Of a stretch of DNA of 55,457 nucleotides, positions 8,831 through 17,577 are shown in pieces. Below the pieces are notes generated by a model, which was not told the DNA's origin, did not search any database, and saw only the letters and a list, made by a program, of their open reading frames with translations. This DNA is from a virus (Duplodnaviria > Caudoviricetes). Every line of letters starts with the position of its first letter. Positions within the stretch are counted from its first letter, which is position 1. The position numbers and the translations under genes are program-made. The stretch covers positions 1 through 55,457 of the IMG/VR virus record IMGVR_UViG_3300033067_001029; one strand, written 5' to 3'.

Positions 8831-10720
8831 ATGGCGAAGCGTCCGTCCATCCCGACTCTCGCCGGGGACATCCTTGACCTCCGGGCCCGCCTGATCGCCC
8901 GTGAACAGCGGATCGAGTCCGAGGTCTACGCGATCCTCCAGTCGATGCTCGACGAGTGGGAGCGGGAGGTCCGCCGGATCCTTGGTGGCGGGTACCGTGG
9001 CACGGTCGAGAGCGCCGTCGCGGGCCGCCGGGCCGTCCTGCTCGGGAGTCTCCGAAAGATCACCGAGCGGGAAGTCCAGGCCGTGCTGGGGATCCTCGGC
9101 TCGGAGGTCGCCGGGGTCTACCGGGACAACGTGTACCGGGTCGCCTCCGCCCTCTCCGGGATGCGGGCCGCGTCGATGACGTCGTCCTCCGTGTCCTTCG
9201 CCGCGATCGACACCCCGGCGATCAAGGCGGCGCTTGCGCGCAAGATTCCCGCGATCTCCGAGCTTCGGGCGATCGCCGCGATCCCGGCCCGAGTTGAGAG
9301 CCTCATGCGGAAGGACCTCGCCCGGGCGATCGCGGACGGGTACCGGGTCGACCAACTGGTCTCCCAGTGGAAGAACCGGGTCGGGGCCGGGGCGACGGTC
9401 CCGCAGGTCCGGGCGCTCGCCCGCACGGCCGTCATGACGGCCTCGAACAACGCCCACCTCGACACCTACCGCAAGAACCGGGCCCTTGTGCCCCGCGTGC
9501 GGTGGGAGGCGACCTTCGACCGGAGGACGTGCATGCGGTGCGGGTCGCTCCACGGGAGGGAGTTCACCCTTGCCGACGCCCCGCCGATCCCGGCGCACCT
9601 CAACTGCATCCTCCCGGGGAACCTCGTCTTACGGGCTTCTGTTCTTGCCGCCGCGAAGTCTCTGTATCGAGGCCGCGTCGTTGAAGTACGAACGGAGGGT
9701 GGGTGCCGGATCTCCGTTACCGAGAAGCACCCGGTACTGACTTCTCGTGGATGGATACGCGCGTCGGAGGTCCGCCGAGGAGATGATCTGGTCAACCACC
9801 CCGGGTCCGAGCGGGAATCTTCGGGGGTCGACCCACACGATCACAATGTCCCAACCGCGATCGAGGAGGTATTTCGTTCGCTTGAAGAATCGGTCGGCGT
9901 GGGCTCCGCTCGCGTGCCACTTTCCCCCGAAGACCTCCACGGCGACGCGGACGGGGTCGAGGGAGAAGTCCACGTTGTATGGGCCGACGGCGGCGTTCCG
10001 GGTGTGGGGCACACCTCGGGCCGCGAGCATTTCCGAGACCGCTTCCTCGATCGGGCTGCGATGATCGAGGGAACGGAGCCTCTGCCTTCCGGTCGCGATC
10101 TTGATGCGATGCTCGAACGACTGAGGCTTTCCGCGTACCGCGTTATGGGCGGCCTCGGTGAGTCGGAGTCGCTCGGCCTTGGTCGCCTTCGCCATGCGTG
10201 TGAACATTGCGGCGGACCTGTTTCTCGGAACTACTCCGTTGGCGATCAGTCTGCGTCGGATAACGCCCCTATCGCACCCGAAGAGTTTCGCGATCGACTG
10301 CTCGCTCTCCCCTGCGGCGTATCTCTTGATTGCGTCGTCGACGTCGATCACTCTTCGTACTCGGGGCATGTCTACGACCTCCAGACGGTTTCGGGGACGA
10401 TCAACTGCGGTGGAGTGATTATACACAACTGCCGGTGCGTCCTGCTGCCCGTCTTCGCGGACCCGTCGCTCAACTCGGCCGTCCACGGCATCGGGGCGTA
10501 CCAGTCCCCGACGGGCGGCACCTACTTCCGCAACAAGGACCGCGACTTCGAGAAGTTCCTCCGGTCCCGGACGCCGGACTTCCGGGCGGACTTCTTCCCG
10601 TCGGAACTCAAGCGGAAAGCCTTTGAGTCCGGCCGCCTGTCGCTGGCCGACATGATCTCCCGGGACGGTTCGATCAAGACCGACGCCGAGGTCCTCCGCC
10701 TTCTTCGCCGACGACCGTAG
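8831..10720 (+). CDS. MuF/SPP1 gp7-like head morphogenesis protein, intein-containing
   Basis: RALARTAV, WEATFDRRTCMRC.LHG, and a PAHLN/CRC motif interrupted by the intein. Confidence 0.9.
   Translation: MAKRPSIPTLAGDILDLRARLIAREQRIESEVYAILQSMLDEWEREVRRILGGGYRGTVESAVAGRRAVLLGSLRKITEREVQAVLGILGSEVAGVYRDNVYRVASALSGMRAASMTSSSVSFAAIDTPAIKAALARKIPAISELRAIAAIPARVESLMRKDLARAIADGYRVDQLVSQWKNRVGAGATVPQVRALARTAVMTASNNAHLDTYRKNRALVPRVRWEATFDRRTCMRCGSLHGREFTLADAPPIPAHLNCILPGNLVLRASVLAAAKSLYRGRVVEVRTEGGCRISVTEKHPVLTSRGWIRASEVRRGDDLVNHPGSERESSGVDPHDHNVPTAIEEVFRSLEESVGVGSARVPLSPEDLHGDADGVEGEVHVVWADGGVPGVGHTSGREHFRDRFLDRAAMIEGTEPLPSGRDLDAMLERLRLSAYRVMGGLGESESLGLGRLRHACEHCGGPVSRNYSVGDQSASDNAPIAPEEFRDRLLALPCGVSLDCVVDVDHSSYSGHVYDLQTVSGTINCGGVIIHNCRCVLLPVFADPSLNSAVHGIGAYQSPTGGTYFRNKDRDFEKFLRSRTPDFRADFFPSELKRKAFESGRLSLADMISRDGSIKTDAEVLRLLRRRP
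9629..10369 (-). CDS. Antisense HTH + NUMOD3-like + Vsr/DUF559 endonuclease nested in the intein (246 aa)
   Basis: SPIEEAV...GPYNVDF...VAVEVFGGKWH...RTKYLLDRGWDIVIVW; GGAGGT 7 nt before the ATG; TATAAT at 10423-10418. Confidence 0.85.
   Translation of the reverse strand: MPRVRRVIDVDDAIKRYAAGESEQSIAKLFGCDRGVIRRRLIANGVVPRNRSAAMFTRMAKATKAERLRLTEAAHNAVRGKPQSFEHRIKIATGRQRLRSLDHRSPIEEAVSEMLAARGVPHTRNAAVGPYNVDFSLDPVRVAVEVFGGKWHASGAHADRFFKRTKYLLDRGWDIVIVWVDPRRFPLGPGVVDQIISSADLRRAYPSTRSQYRVLLGNGDPAPTLRSYFNDAASIQRLRGGKNRSP
10377..10423 (-). promoter_or_regulatory. Antisense -10 box and Shine-Dalgarno for the nested endonuclease
   Basis: + strand ATTATA (10418-10423) reads TATAAT on -; ACCTCC (10377-10382) reads GGAGGT; no consensus -35. 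Confidence 0.7.
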
Positions 10721-10786
10721 GTTGTTTCTGCTAGAAACAACGACCGCCCGCGTGACGCCGTGGGCGACCCGTGGTAGGATTGCCGC

Positions 10787-11320
10787 ATGACCACCCTCGA
10801 CTCGACGAAGTCGTCCTCCGCCGCGAACTCGTACGTCTCCACCGTGGACGAGGCGAACGGGTACGCCGCGACGATGAAGGCCCTCGCCGGGCTCGGGGTC
10901 GACACGTCTGGGTGGGATTCCGTCAACGACGCCATCAAGACCGAGGCCCTTGTCCTCGCCGCCCGCTCGATCGACACGATCGAGTACGCCGGGGAGAAGG
11001 TGACCGAGGAGCAGTCGATGGAGTTCCCCCGGGTCTTCATGAAGAAGATCGTCGACGAGGACGAGATCCCGGACGCCGTGAAGATGGCCCAAGTCGCGGA
11101 GGCGTGCGCCCTGCTCTCCGCCTCCGCGACGGACCCGGTCGCCCGGGCGGTCTCCCGGGGGATCACGTCCGAGAGCGCCGGGGGAGTCTCGTTCACGGTC
11201 GGCAAGGGTGCGAAGAACTCCGCCGCCGACCGGGGGGTGTCCCAGCCCGCGTTTGATATTCTCCGCAAGGCCGGACTGATCCGCCCGGCCGCGACCTCGG
11301 TCTACAACGGCCGGGGGTAA
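10787..11320 (+). CDS. DnaT-like head-tail adaptor/completion protein
   Basis: ANSYVS..EA..Y, QSMEFPR and IPDAVKMAQ motifs. Confidence 0.75.
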   Translation: MTTLDSTKSSSAANSYVSTVDEANGYAATMKALAGLGVDTSGWDSVNDAIKTEALVLAARSIDTIEYAGEKVTEEQSMEFPRVFMKKIVDEDEIPDAVKMAQVAEACALLSASATDPVARAVSRGITSESAGGVSFTVGKGAKNSAADRGVSQPAFDILRKAGLIRPAATSVYNGRG

Positions 11321-11347
11321 GTGGATCGTCCAAGGAGTCCGTGAGCC

Positions 11348-12163
11348 ATGCGAAGCCGCCGTCCCATTCTCAACTGCCTCTCCGTTCTCGCGTTCGCGGG
11401 GATGCCCTTCTCCATCCACTTCGACCGCCCGGATCCCCCGGACGGCGGGGGCGGCGGGGGCGGCAACCCCCCGGTGAACCCGGACCTCGAACGCGCCCGG
11501 AAGGAACTGGAGGAGCGGGACAAGCAGATCGCGGAGATGAACGCGAAGATCGCCGAACTCTCCAAGAGCGTCGTCTCGGACGACGAGAAGAAGCAGCTCG
11601 CGGCGCTCAAGAAGGAGAAGGAGGAGGCCGAGAAGAAGCGGCTCGCCGAGCAGGGTGAGCTGCAGAAGCTCCTCGACAAGGCGAACGCCGAACTCGCCGA
11701 CGCCCGCCGGGCTGCGGAGGAGGCGGACAAGCGGGCGAAGAAGCAGGTCGTCGACCTCCGCCTGACGAACCTCTTCGACCGCGAGATCCCGAAGAGCACG
11801 GACATCCCGATCCAGCAGGTGATCGGGGCCCTCGGCCTCCGGGATTACTTTGTCTACAACGAGCAGTCCGACTCGTTCCGGATCGTCGACCCGCTCACGA
11901 AGACCTGCCCCCGGAACGCCAACGGGACGGAGATGACGCCCGAGGAGTTCATCGCCCACAAGATCAACGGCACGGCCTGGATCGCCGCCGTCCGCCCCAA
12001 GGGCGGCTCCGGCTCCGGGAACGCGAACGGGGGCGGGAGCGGCGTGAACGGCGGGTTCACGTCCGACGACGTCGCGAAGATGAGCATCGCGGAGTTCAAC
12101 CAGAAGAAGAAGGACATCTTCGCCGAGGCGGACCGGAACACCCGCCCGTCGATCAGCCGCTGA
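11348..12163 (+). CDS. Capsid scaffolding protein
   Basis: Long charged coiled coil, Gly-rich linker and C-terminal helix; directly before the major capsid gene. Confidence 0.8.
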   Translation: MRSRRPILNCLSVLAFAGMPFSIHFDRPDPPDGGGGGGGNPPVNPDLERARKELEERDKQIAEMNAKIAELSKSVVSDDEKKQLAALKKEKEEAEKKRLAEQGELQKLLDKANAELADARRAAEEADKRAKKQVVDLRLTNLFDREIPKSTDIPIQQVIGALGLRDYFVYNEQSDSFRIVDPLTKTCPRNANGTEMTPEEFIAHKINGTAWIAAVRPKGGSGSGNANGGGSGVNGGFTSDDVAKMSIAEFNQKKKDIFAEADRNTRPSISR

Positions 12164-12179
12164 CCGTCGGCGAGAACCC

Positions 12180-12223
12180 AAGACCCCCGGGCCCCGTGGT
12201 GGGAGGCCCGGGGGTCTTTCGTT
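12180..12223 (+). terminator. Hairpin terminator
   Basis: 14-bp stem AAGACCCCCGGGCC...GGCCCGGGGGTCTT. Confidence 0.7.
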
Positions 12224-12225
12224 GG

Positions 12226-12253
12226 TTGACAGAATCTTGAGCCCGGAGATAAT
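12226..12253 (+). promoter_or_regulatory. Sigma70-like promoter for the major capsid gene
   Basis: TTGACA-N16-GATAAT; same layout at 16407. Confidence 0.75.
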
Positions 12254-12328
12254 CGGGGCGTAACTGGTTGGGCCGGGGGCGTCAGAGTGTTCTGGCGCAC
12301 GGCCCCCGACCCAAACGGAGTTCAAGAC

Positions 12329-13225
12329 ATGCCGAACGCCATCACCGCCTACGACCCGACCATCTGGAGCAAGCAGGGCATCGCCATCCTGCACGAGAAG
12401 ATCGCGATCCCGAAGCTCTGCCGCCTCGACTTCCAGAACGACCTTGCCCAAATGGGTGACGTCGTGAACACCCGGAAGCCCGCGATCATGACCGCTTCCG
12501 ACGTCGACGACGACAACGGGATCAGCGCCCAGACCCTCTCGGCGACGAACGTCGCGGTCACGCTCAACAACCACAAGCACGCGACCTTCAAGATCAAGGA
12601 CCGCGAGGCGTCCCGGTCCGTCGCGAACCTGATGACCGAGTACATGGAGCCCGCGATGCTCGCGGTCGCCAACGTCCTCGACAAGTCCCTCCTCGCCCTC
12701 TACACCGACGCCTCCAAGCTCATCTCCGTCTCGTCCGCCAACAACTGGCTCTCGCAGGTCACGGCGGCCCGGACGCAGCTCAACAAGAACAAGGCCCCCG
12801 ATGGCAACCGCGTCCTGATCCTCTCCGACGACGACGAGGGCGCTCTCGTCGGCATGGACATCCTGACGAAGGCCAACGAGCGGGGCGACCCCAACGGCCT
12901 CCGTGAGGGGTACCTCGGCCGCGTGCGCGGGTTCGAGACGTACCGCTCCTCGAACATCCTCGGTGCCGGTTCGCCCACGACCCGCCACAACCTCGCCATG
13001 CACAAGGACGCGATCGCCCTCGTCACCCGCGTGCTCTCGACGGCGACGGGCCGCACGGCCGGGGCGGAGCAGATGGTCGCCACCGACCCCGACGCGGGCC
13101 TCTCCCTCCGCGTGACGATCTCCTACCAGCACAACGTCTTCTCGACGATGGTGTCGGTCGACCTGCTCTACGGGGTGAAGACCCTCGACTCGAACCTGCT
13201 CGTGCAGCTCAAGTCGACCTTCTGA
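12329..13225 (+). CDS. Major capsid protein (P22 coat-like, HK97 fold)
   Basis: PTIWSK, GDVVNTRKP, L.KNKAP..NR, G.LGRVRGF and DLLYGVKTL motifs; start placed at the ATG after GGAG. Confidence 0.9.
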   Translation: MPNAITAYDPTIWSKQGIAILHEKIAIPKLCRLDFQNDLAQMGDVVNTRKPAIMTASDVDDDNGISAQTLSATNVAVTLNNHKHATFKIKDREASRSVANLMTEYMEPAMLAVANVLDKSLLALYTDASKLISVSSANNWLSQVTAARTQLNKNKAPDGNRVLILSDDDEGALVGMDILTKANERGDPNGLREGYLGRVRGFETYRSSNILGAGSPTTRHNLAMHKDAIALVTRVLSTATGRTAGAEQMVATDPDAGLSLRVTISYQHNVFSTMVSVDLLYGVKTLDSNLLVQLKSTF

Positions 13226-13264
13226 TCCACCAACGACGGCGGTCACGGGCGTGTTGCCCGAATC

Positions 13265-13304
13265 GGACCCGGCGGGAACGGACCTCGCCGGGTCCTTTGT
13301 TTTT
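13265..13304 (+). terminator. Rho-independent terminator after the capsid gene
   Basis: GGACCCGGCG...CGCCGGGTCC followed by TTTGTTTTT. Confidence 0.8.
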
Positions 13305-13319
13305 GGGTACGATGGCGGC

Positions 13320-14126
13320 ATGACCAGCAAGTCCGCCCTCCACCGTGTCGTCTCGCCCGACGGGACCCGCAAGGCCGATATCCCCGGCGAGATCCTCAAG
13401 GAGAAGCTCCGCGAAGGGTGGACGGTCGACCTGTTCCCGGACGACCGGGGCGAGTTGTACGCCGGGATCCCGGACAAGCACAAAGGGAGGTCCGCGATCG
13501 TGATCGCCTCCGGGCCCTCCTCCGGGATCGTGAGCCGGGACGCCGTGGCCGCGCTGATCGAGCGCGAGAACCTCGTCGTATTCGGCGTCAACGACGCCGA
13601 CCGCTCGATGGGCGGACTCCCGGTGCCCAAGCTCAACTACCTCGTCATCCTCGACGACCACTTGTGGGACGACCGCCTCCCGCACCTGCTCCCGCTCCTC
13701 GCCGCGAACCCGGGGAGCCTGCCCATCACGGCCTTCACGATTCAGGAGGACGTGCGGTACATCTATGCCCCGTTCTCGTTCGTCGAGGACCCCAACGAGA
13801 AGGGACCGGCGAACATCCCGTATGTCGTCGGCCGCCTCTTCCACGGCTGGTCTTCCGGGGTTGCCGCGATCCAGATCGCGATGTGGATGGGGTGCCGCAG
13901 GATCTACCTGCTCGGGCACGATCTCCAGGTTGCCCACGGCCGCACGCACGGGTTCGGGGTCCGCGAGGCCGGTGAGAAGAATCGCAACTACCCCCAGCGG
14001 GCGAAGATGTTCGCGGGGTACGAGACGATCGCGTACCATGCCGCGAAGACCGGGGTCGAGATCATCAACCTTTCCCCGTGCTCCGCGATCTCGTTCTTCC
14101 CCGTGATCCCGCTGTTGAAGCCCTGA
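13320..14126 (+). CDS. Maf/MptE-like (sialyltransferase-fold) glycosyltransferase
   Basis: AIVIASGPS, VFGVND, SSGVAAIQIA.WMGCRRIYLLGHD and IINLS motifs. Confidence 0.7.
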   Translation: MTSKSALHRVVSPDGTRKADIPGEILKEKLREGWTVDLFPDDRGELYAGIPDKHKGRSAIVIASGPSSGIVSRDAVAALIERENLVVFGVNDADRSMGGLPVPKLNYLVILDDHLWDDRLPHLLPLLAANPGSLPITAFTIQEDVRYIYAPFSFVEDPNEKGPANIPYVVGRLFHGWSSGVAAIQIAMWMGCRRIYLLGHDLQVAHGRTHGFGVREAGEKNRNYPQRAKMFAGYETIAYHAAKTGVEIINLSPCSAISFFPVIPLLKP

Positions 14127-14143
14127 CCGCCCGGGAGAAACCC

Positions 14144-14974
14144 ATGCCGAAGTCCGTCAAGAGCCGTCCGAAGATCACCATCAAGGCCCCGTCGAAGGTC
14201 TCCGCGAAGAAGACCGCGCCCGAGAAGGCGTCCGCCGAGAAGGCCGAAACCGGGAAGCCCGAGAACCCGAAGGCCCCGAAGATCACCATCAACGGGGCGT
14301 CGGGCCGGTCCGTTGTTTCCGCCAGAAACAAGGCCAAGCCCGCGAAGAAGGCCCCCGAACCCGCCGTCGAAGCGGCCGACCCGCCGCCGATCGAGACCGA
14401 GGCCCCCATGCCCATCCGCCGGACGCGCGTCCGGCGCGAGGACATGCCCGCCGAGCCCGAGCAGAACGAGGACGCCCCCCGCCGCAATACGACCGTCGGA
14501 TTTGTTCCCCGGGCCGCCCGGAGGACCCGGACGGGGTCGACGGAGGAGCGGGCCGGGGCCCACAACCCGGTCGAGTCTGGTTCTCGGTTCGTGCGGATGC
14601 TGAACCGGGACCGCCGCGTCGTGGCCGTGATCTCCAACTTCGTCCCGGAGCGGCTCACCGAGGGGTACGTCTTCATCGAGGGGGAGCCCGTCATCCCCAC
14701 GACGAGCGGCCCGGAGGATTCCTGCCCCGGCATCAAGCGCCCCCGGGCCCGCGATTACACCCACGCTCAGAACGTCTTCGACGCGATTGAGTTGTGGCGC
14801 GACGCCATGCTCGACGACCTTGAGGTCATGTCCCCGGAGTCGCTGCAGGGCCGGAACGGAGACGCCTTGATCCGCCGCCTCACGAGCATCCTGGAGAACC
14901 CCTCCTCGCTCGGGATGGTCTACGGAACGGCCCCGGGGTCCGAGGCGGCGAAGGCGATCGGGTACAAGTCCTGA
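14144..14974 (+). CDS. Hypothetical protein with K/A/P-rich N-terminus
   Basis: GGGAGA RBS; low-complexity basic N-terminal half and globular C-terminal half. Confidence 0.65.
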   Translation: MPKSVKSRPKITIKAPSKVSAKKTAPEKASAEKAETGKPENPKAPKITINGASGRSVVSARNKAKPAKKAPEPAVEAADPPPIETEAPMPIRRTRVRREDMPAEPEQNEDAPRRNTTVGFVPRAARRTRTGSTEERAGAHNPVESGSRFVRMLNRDRRVVAVISNFVPERLTEGYVFIEGEPVIPTTSGPEDSCPGIKRPRARDYTHAQNVFDAIELWRDAMLDDLEVMSPESLQGRNGDALIRRLTSILENPSSLGMVYGTAPGSEAAKAIGYKS

Positions 14975-14993
14975 TCGCCGGTACAATGGTGGC

Positions 14994-15377
14994 ATGAGCC
15001 TGCTCGAATCCCACACCATCAAGTTCCACCGCTTTGTGAAGAGCGGGAAGGACGCGCTCGGAAACTCGGCGTTGACGACCGAGGCCCCGGGGTTCCCCGT
15101 CTCCGCCCGGGGCCTCTTCGAGCAGTCGAGCCGACCGGCCTTCGGGGACGCCGGGGTCGGGTCCGCCCGTGGGGCGGTCGTACGGTCTTCATCGGTGATC
15201 GGCCGCGTCGGTGACTACATCGAGTTCAGGGGGTCGACGTACCTCATCACCGGCTCGACCGACAACCGGCACGTTGTCGGGTACCCGCACTTCCGGTACG
15301 ACGTCACGCTGGAGGAGGTCGGGAACCGGGCGAAGTTCAACGAGAGCGACCCGGACCGGGTTTCGGAGGGCGTCTAA
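14994..15377 (+). CDS. Head closure protein (putative)
   Basis: 127 aa, beta-rich, GDYIEFRGSTYLI; position in the neck cluster. Confidence 0.65.
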   Translation: MSLLESHTIKFHRFVKSGKDALGNSALTTEAPGFPVSARGLFEQSSRPAFGDAGVGSARGAVVRSSSVIGRVGDYIEFRGSTYLITGSTDNRHVVGYPHFRYDVTLEEVGNRAKFNESDPDRVSEGV

Positions 15378-15973
15378 TGCCGGTCCAGTTCCCGCACGGA
15401 GACCCCCGGAAGAATCTCGCGGTGCTGGAGTCGCTGCTCAGGGACGCCGCGTACGAGGCGTGCCAGCAGGCGGGTATGGCGACGGCAGCGCTCGCCAAGA
15501 AGACCCTGACCGACTTTGACGCCGTCGACCGGGGCATCCTCCGGGCGTCGATCAACTCGGTCGCCGAGCGGACCCCGGCGGGCGCTCAGGGCGTCACGTA
15601 CGCCGGGGCCCTCCACGCCCCGTTCGTCGAGTTCGGCCGGGCGGGTGTTCTCCGAGATCCCCGGAGCAACAAGAAGCTCGGCGGGACCGCCGCGTGGCCC
15701 CCGGTCCTTGCGATCCGCGACTGGGTTCGCCGTCAGTGGAAGAAGCTCGCCCCGTCCGGCCGGACGAAGAGCGGGAAGGCCCGGGCCCCGAAGGAGGCCG
15801 ACGTGCGGTCGGTGGCGTACCTCGTCGGCCGCAAGATCTACCGATTCGGCATCGACCCGCGCCCGTACCTCGTGCCCTCGTTCAACCAGATCTCGCCGAT
15901 GTTCCGCCGGATGGTGATCGACGGGCTCAACAAGAGGCTTGCGAGCATCTTCAAGCAGGGAGGCCGCCCGTGA
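15377..15973 (+). CDS. HK97 gp10-like tail completion protein
   Basis: VDRGILRASI, APFVEFG and PRPYLVP motifs. Confidence 0.85.
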   Translation: MPVQFPHGDPRKNLAVLESLLRDAAYEACQQAGMATAALAKKTLTDFDAVDRGILRASINSVAERTPAGAQGVTYAGALHAPFVEFGRAGVLRDPRSNKKLGGTAAWPPVLAIRDWVRRQWKKLAPSGRTKSGKARAPKEADVRSVAYLVGRKIYRFGIDPRPYLVPSFNQISPMFRRMVIDGLNKRLASIFKQGGRP

Positions 15974-16410
15974 CGGCAGACAAGGTCAAGACGTGGCTCA
16001 TCGCCCTCCTCTCCGGGGTCTCCGCCGTGACCTCCCTCTTCGAGGAAGGGGAGGACGCCGTCGTCTCCGGGGGGCAGGACTTTCCGTCCGACGAGGGCGT
16101 GTACGTCCGCGTCCTCTCCTCGGCCCCCACGGAGGCCCGGGGGTTCGAGAGCGTGGACGTCCGGATCGCGGTCATCCGCGACGGCGAGGACGGGTGCTAC
16201 GAGGCGTGCCAAGCCGTCCGGGACGCGATCTCGCTCCCTTCGGGCAGCCTTTCCCGCCCGTCCCTGAGCCCGTCCTCCTCGGGACTCTCCCTCCAGTACG
16301 TCTCGCCCGTGACCGTCCAGTCGGCCCCGGAGGCCGTTGGGCAGGGCACGATGTACGTCGCCGTTCTTTCGGTCAAGGTCATCGGGCGGGGCGTCGACGA
16401 CCCGGATTGA
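15970..16410 (+). CDS. Tail terminator (putative)
   Basis: GTGA overlap with the previous gene; lies between the gp10-like gene and tail tube. Confidence 0.6.
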   Translation: MTADKVKTWLIALLSGVSAVTSLFEEGEDAVVSGGQDFPSDEGVYVRVLSSAPTEARGFESVDVRIAVIRDGEDGCYEACQAVRDAISLPSGSLSRPSLSPSSSGLSLQYVSPVTVQSAPEAVGQGTMYVAVLSVKVIGRGVDDPD

Positions 16411-16434
16411 CAAGGGCTCAGGATCGGAGATAAT
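16407..16434 (+). promoter_or_regulatory. Sigma70-like promoter for the tail tube gene
   Basis: TTGACA-N16-GATAAT, sharing CGGAGATAATC with the capsid promoter. Confidence 0.75.
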
Positions 16435-16485
16435 CCACGGAGAATCGACAACCGCGCCCGCCTGTCCGTCCCTGGAGACTGATCC

Positions 16486-17010
16486 ATGCCCGCCACCCTG
16501 ACCGAAACCAAGGACCCCGATTCCATCCTGCTCGGCATCGGCGTGCTCGCCCTCGCGTCGTACGCCGCCTCCCCCACCGTGTACGCCGACACCGGGTACC
16601 TCAAGGGTGCCGCGTACAAGTACACCCGCGAACTGAAGGAGTTCGAGTCGGCGGGCGTGCTCGTGAAGCGCCTCGTCTTCAAGGACCGCTTTGAGCTGAC
16701 CGCCCAGTACGCCGAGGTCTCGATCTCCAACCTGACCAAGATCTTCCAGCCCCAGGTCGGCGGGACCACGGCGACCAAGATCCTCTTCGGCGGCCAGAAG
16801 ACGATCACCCGGTACTCCGCCCGGTACGAGCACCTCCGGGACGACGGCAAGTACCTCCAGATCGACATGTTCAAGACCGCGCCCTCCGGCGAGTTCACGC
16901 TCGGCTTCGAGGAGGAGAACTTCATCACCTACCCCGTCAACTTCGTCGGCGAGGCCGACACCACGAAGACCTCCGGCCAGCAGCTCGGCAAGATCCAGAT
17001 CGGCAACTGA
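16486..17010 (+). CDS. Major tail tube protein
   Basis: ILLGIG..., GYLKG, beta-rich 174 aa; strongly biased codons; GGAGA RBS. Confidence 0.8.
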   Translation: MPATLTETKDPDSILLGIGVLALASYAASPTVYADTGYLKGAAYKYTRELKEFESAGVLVKRLVFKDRFELTAQYAEVSISNLTKIFQPQVGGTTATKILFGGQKTITRYSARYEHLRDDGKYLQIDMFKTAPSGEFTLGFEEENFITYPVNFVGEADTTKTSGQQLGKIQIGN

Positions 17011-17029
17011 GCCGCCGCGTTCGAGCCCC

Positions 17030-17067
17030 GAGGGCCGGAGGGATTCTTCCTTCCGGCCCTCTCTTTT
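17030..17067 (+). terminator. Hairpin/terminator after the tail tube gene
   Basis: GAGGGCCGGA...TCCGGCCCTC followed by TCTTTT. Confidence 0.6.
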
Positions 17068-17077
17068 GGAGACCGCC

Positions 17078-17551
17078 ATGAGTTCCGTCACCAGTCCGTC
17101 CGACCAGTTCGACAAGCTCCCCCGCCTCAGCGCCGGGGAACTCAAGAAGCGTTTCGCGAAGAACGAGGCCGACCGCCAGACGGTCCGGCTCTCGCTCGCC
17201 GACATCCTCTTCGGGGCCGAGGTCATCGAGAACCTCGACGAGGGTGTCGAGGTCGTGGTGAAGCCCGTCAACTTCAAGGGGCTCGCCCTCTTCGAGAAGG
17301 AGTACGGGGACCTGTCCAAGATCCCCGGGGAGGACGTGCTGCGGCACTCCCCCCGCGAACTCTGCCGGGTCCTCACGATCCTCGTGAACCAGGACCTGCC
17401 CCGGGAGAAGGAGCGGAGCGACGACGAGGTCGGCCGCGTCATCAACGGGGAGAACATGGAGACGATCATCCGGGCGGTGATGAGCGCCGTCCGCCCTACT
17501 CCCGCCTCCGCGACCGGGCTCGCGGGGGCCGCCCTGACTGGGCACGCCTGA
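17078..17551 (+). CDS. Tail assembly chaperone (G-like)
   Basis: Between tail tube and tape measure; overlaps an open -1 frame. Confidence 0.7.
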   Translation: MSSVTSPSDQFDKLPRLSAGELKKRFAKNEADRQTVRLSLADILFGAEVIENLDEGVEVVVKPVNFKGLALFEKEYGDLSKIPGEDVLRHSPRELCRVLTILVNQDLPREKERSDDEVGRVINGENMETIIRAVMSAVRPTPASATGLAGAALTGHA

Positions 17552-17577
17552 TCTACTTCGCCCGGAAGGAACTCGGG

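Larger units (their letters stand above)
9605..10429 (+). mobile_element. Intein (275 aa) in MuF
   Basis: Block A CILPG, block B TEKH, block F VYDLQT, block G IIHN followed by Cys+1; removal restores PAHLNCRC. Confidence 0.92.

Noticed and set aside
10370-13636. Upstream part of the 1335-aa minus-strand ORF
   Set aside because: It is the shadow of + strand head genes in high-GC DNA. Only the last 246 aa have domain motifs, an SD and a -10 box.
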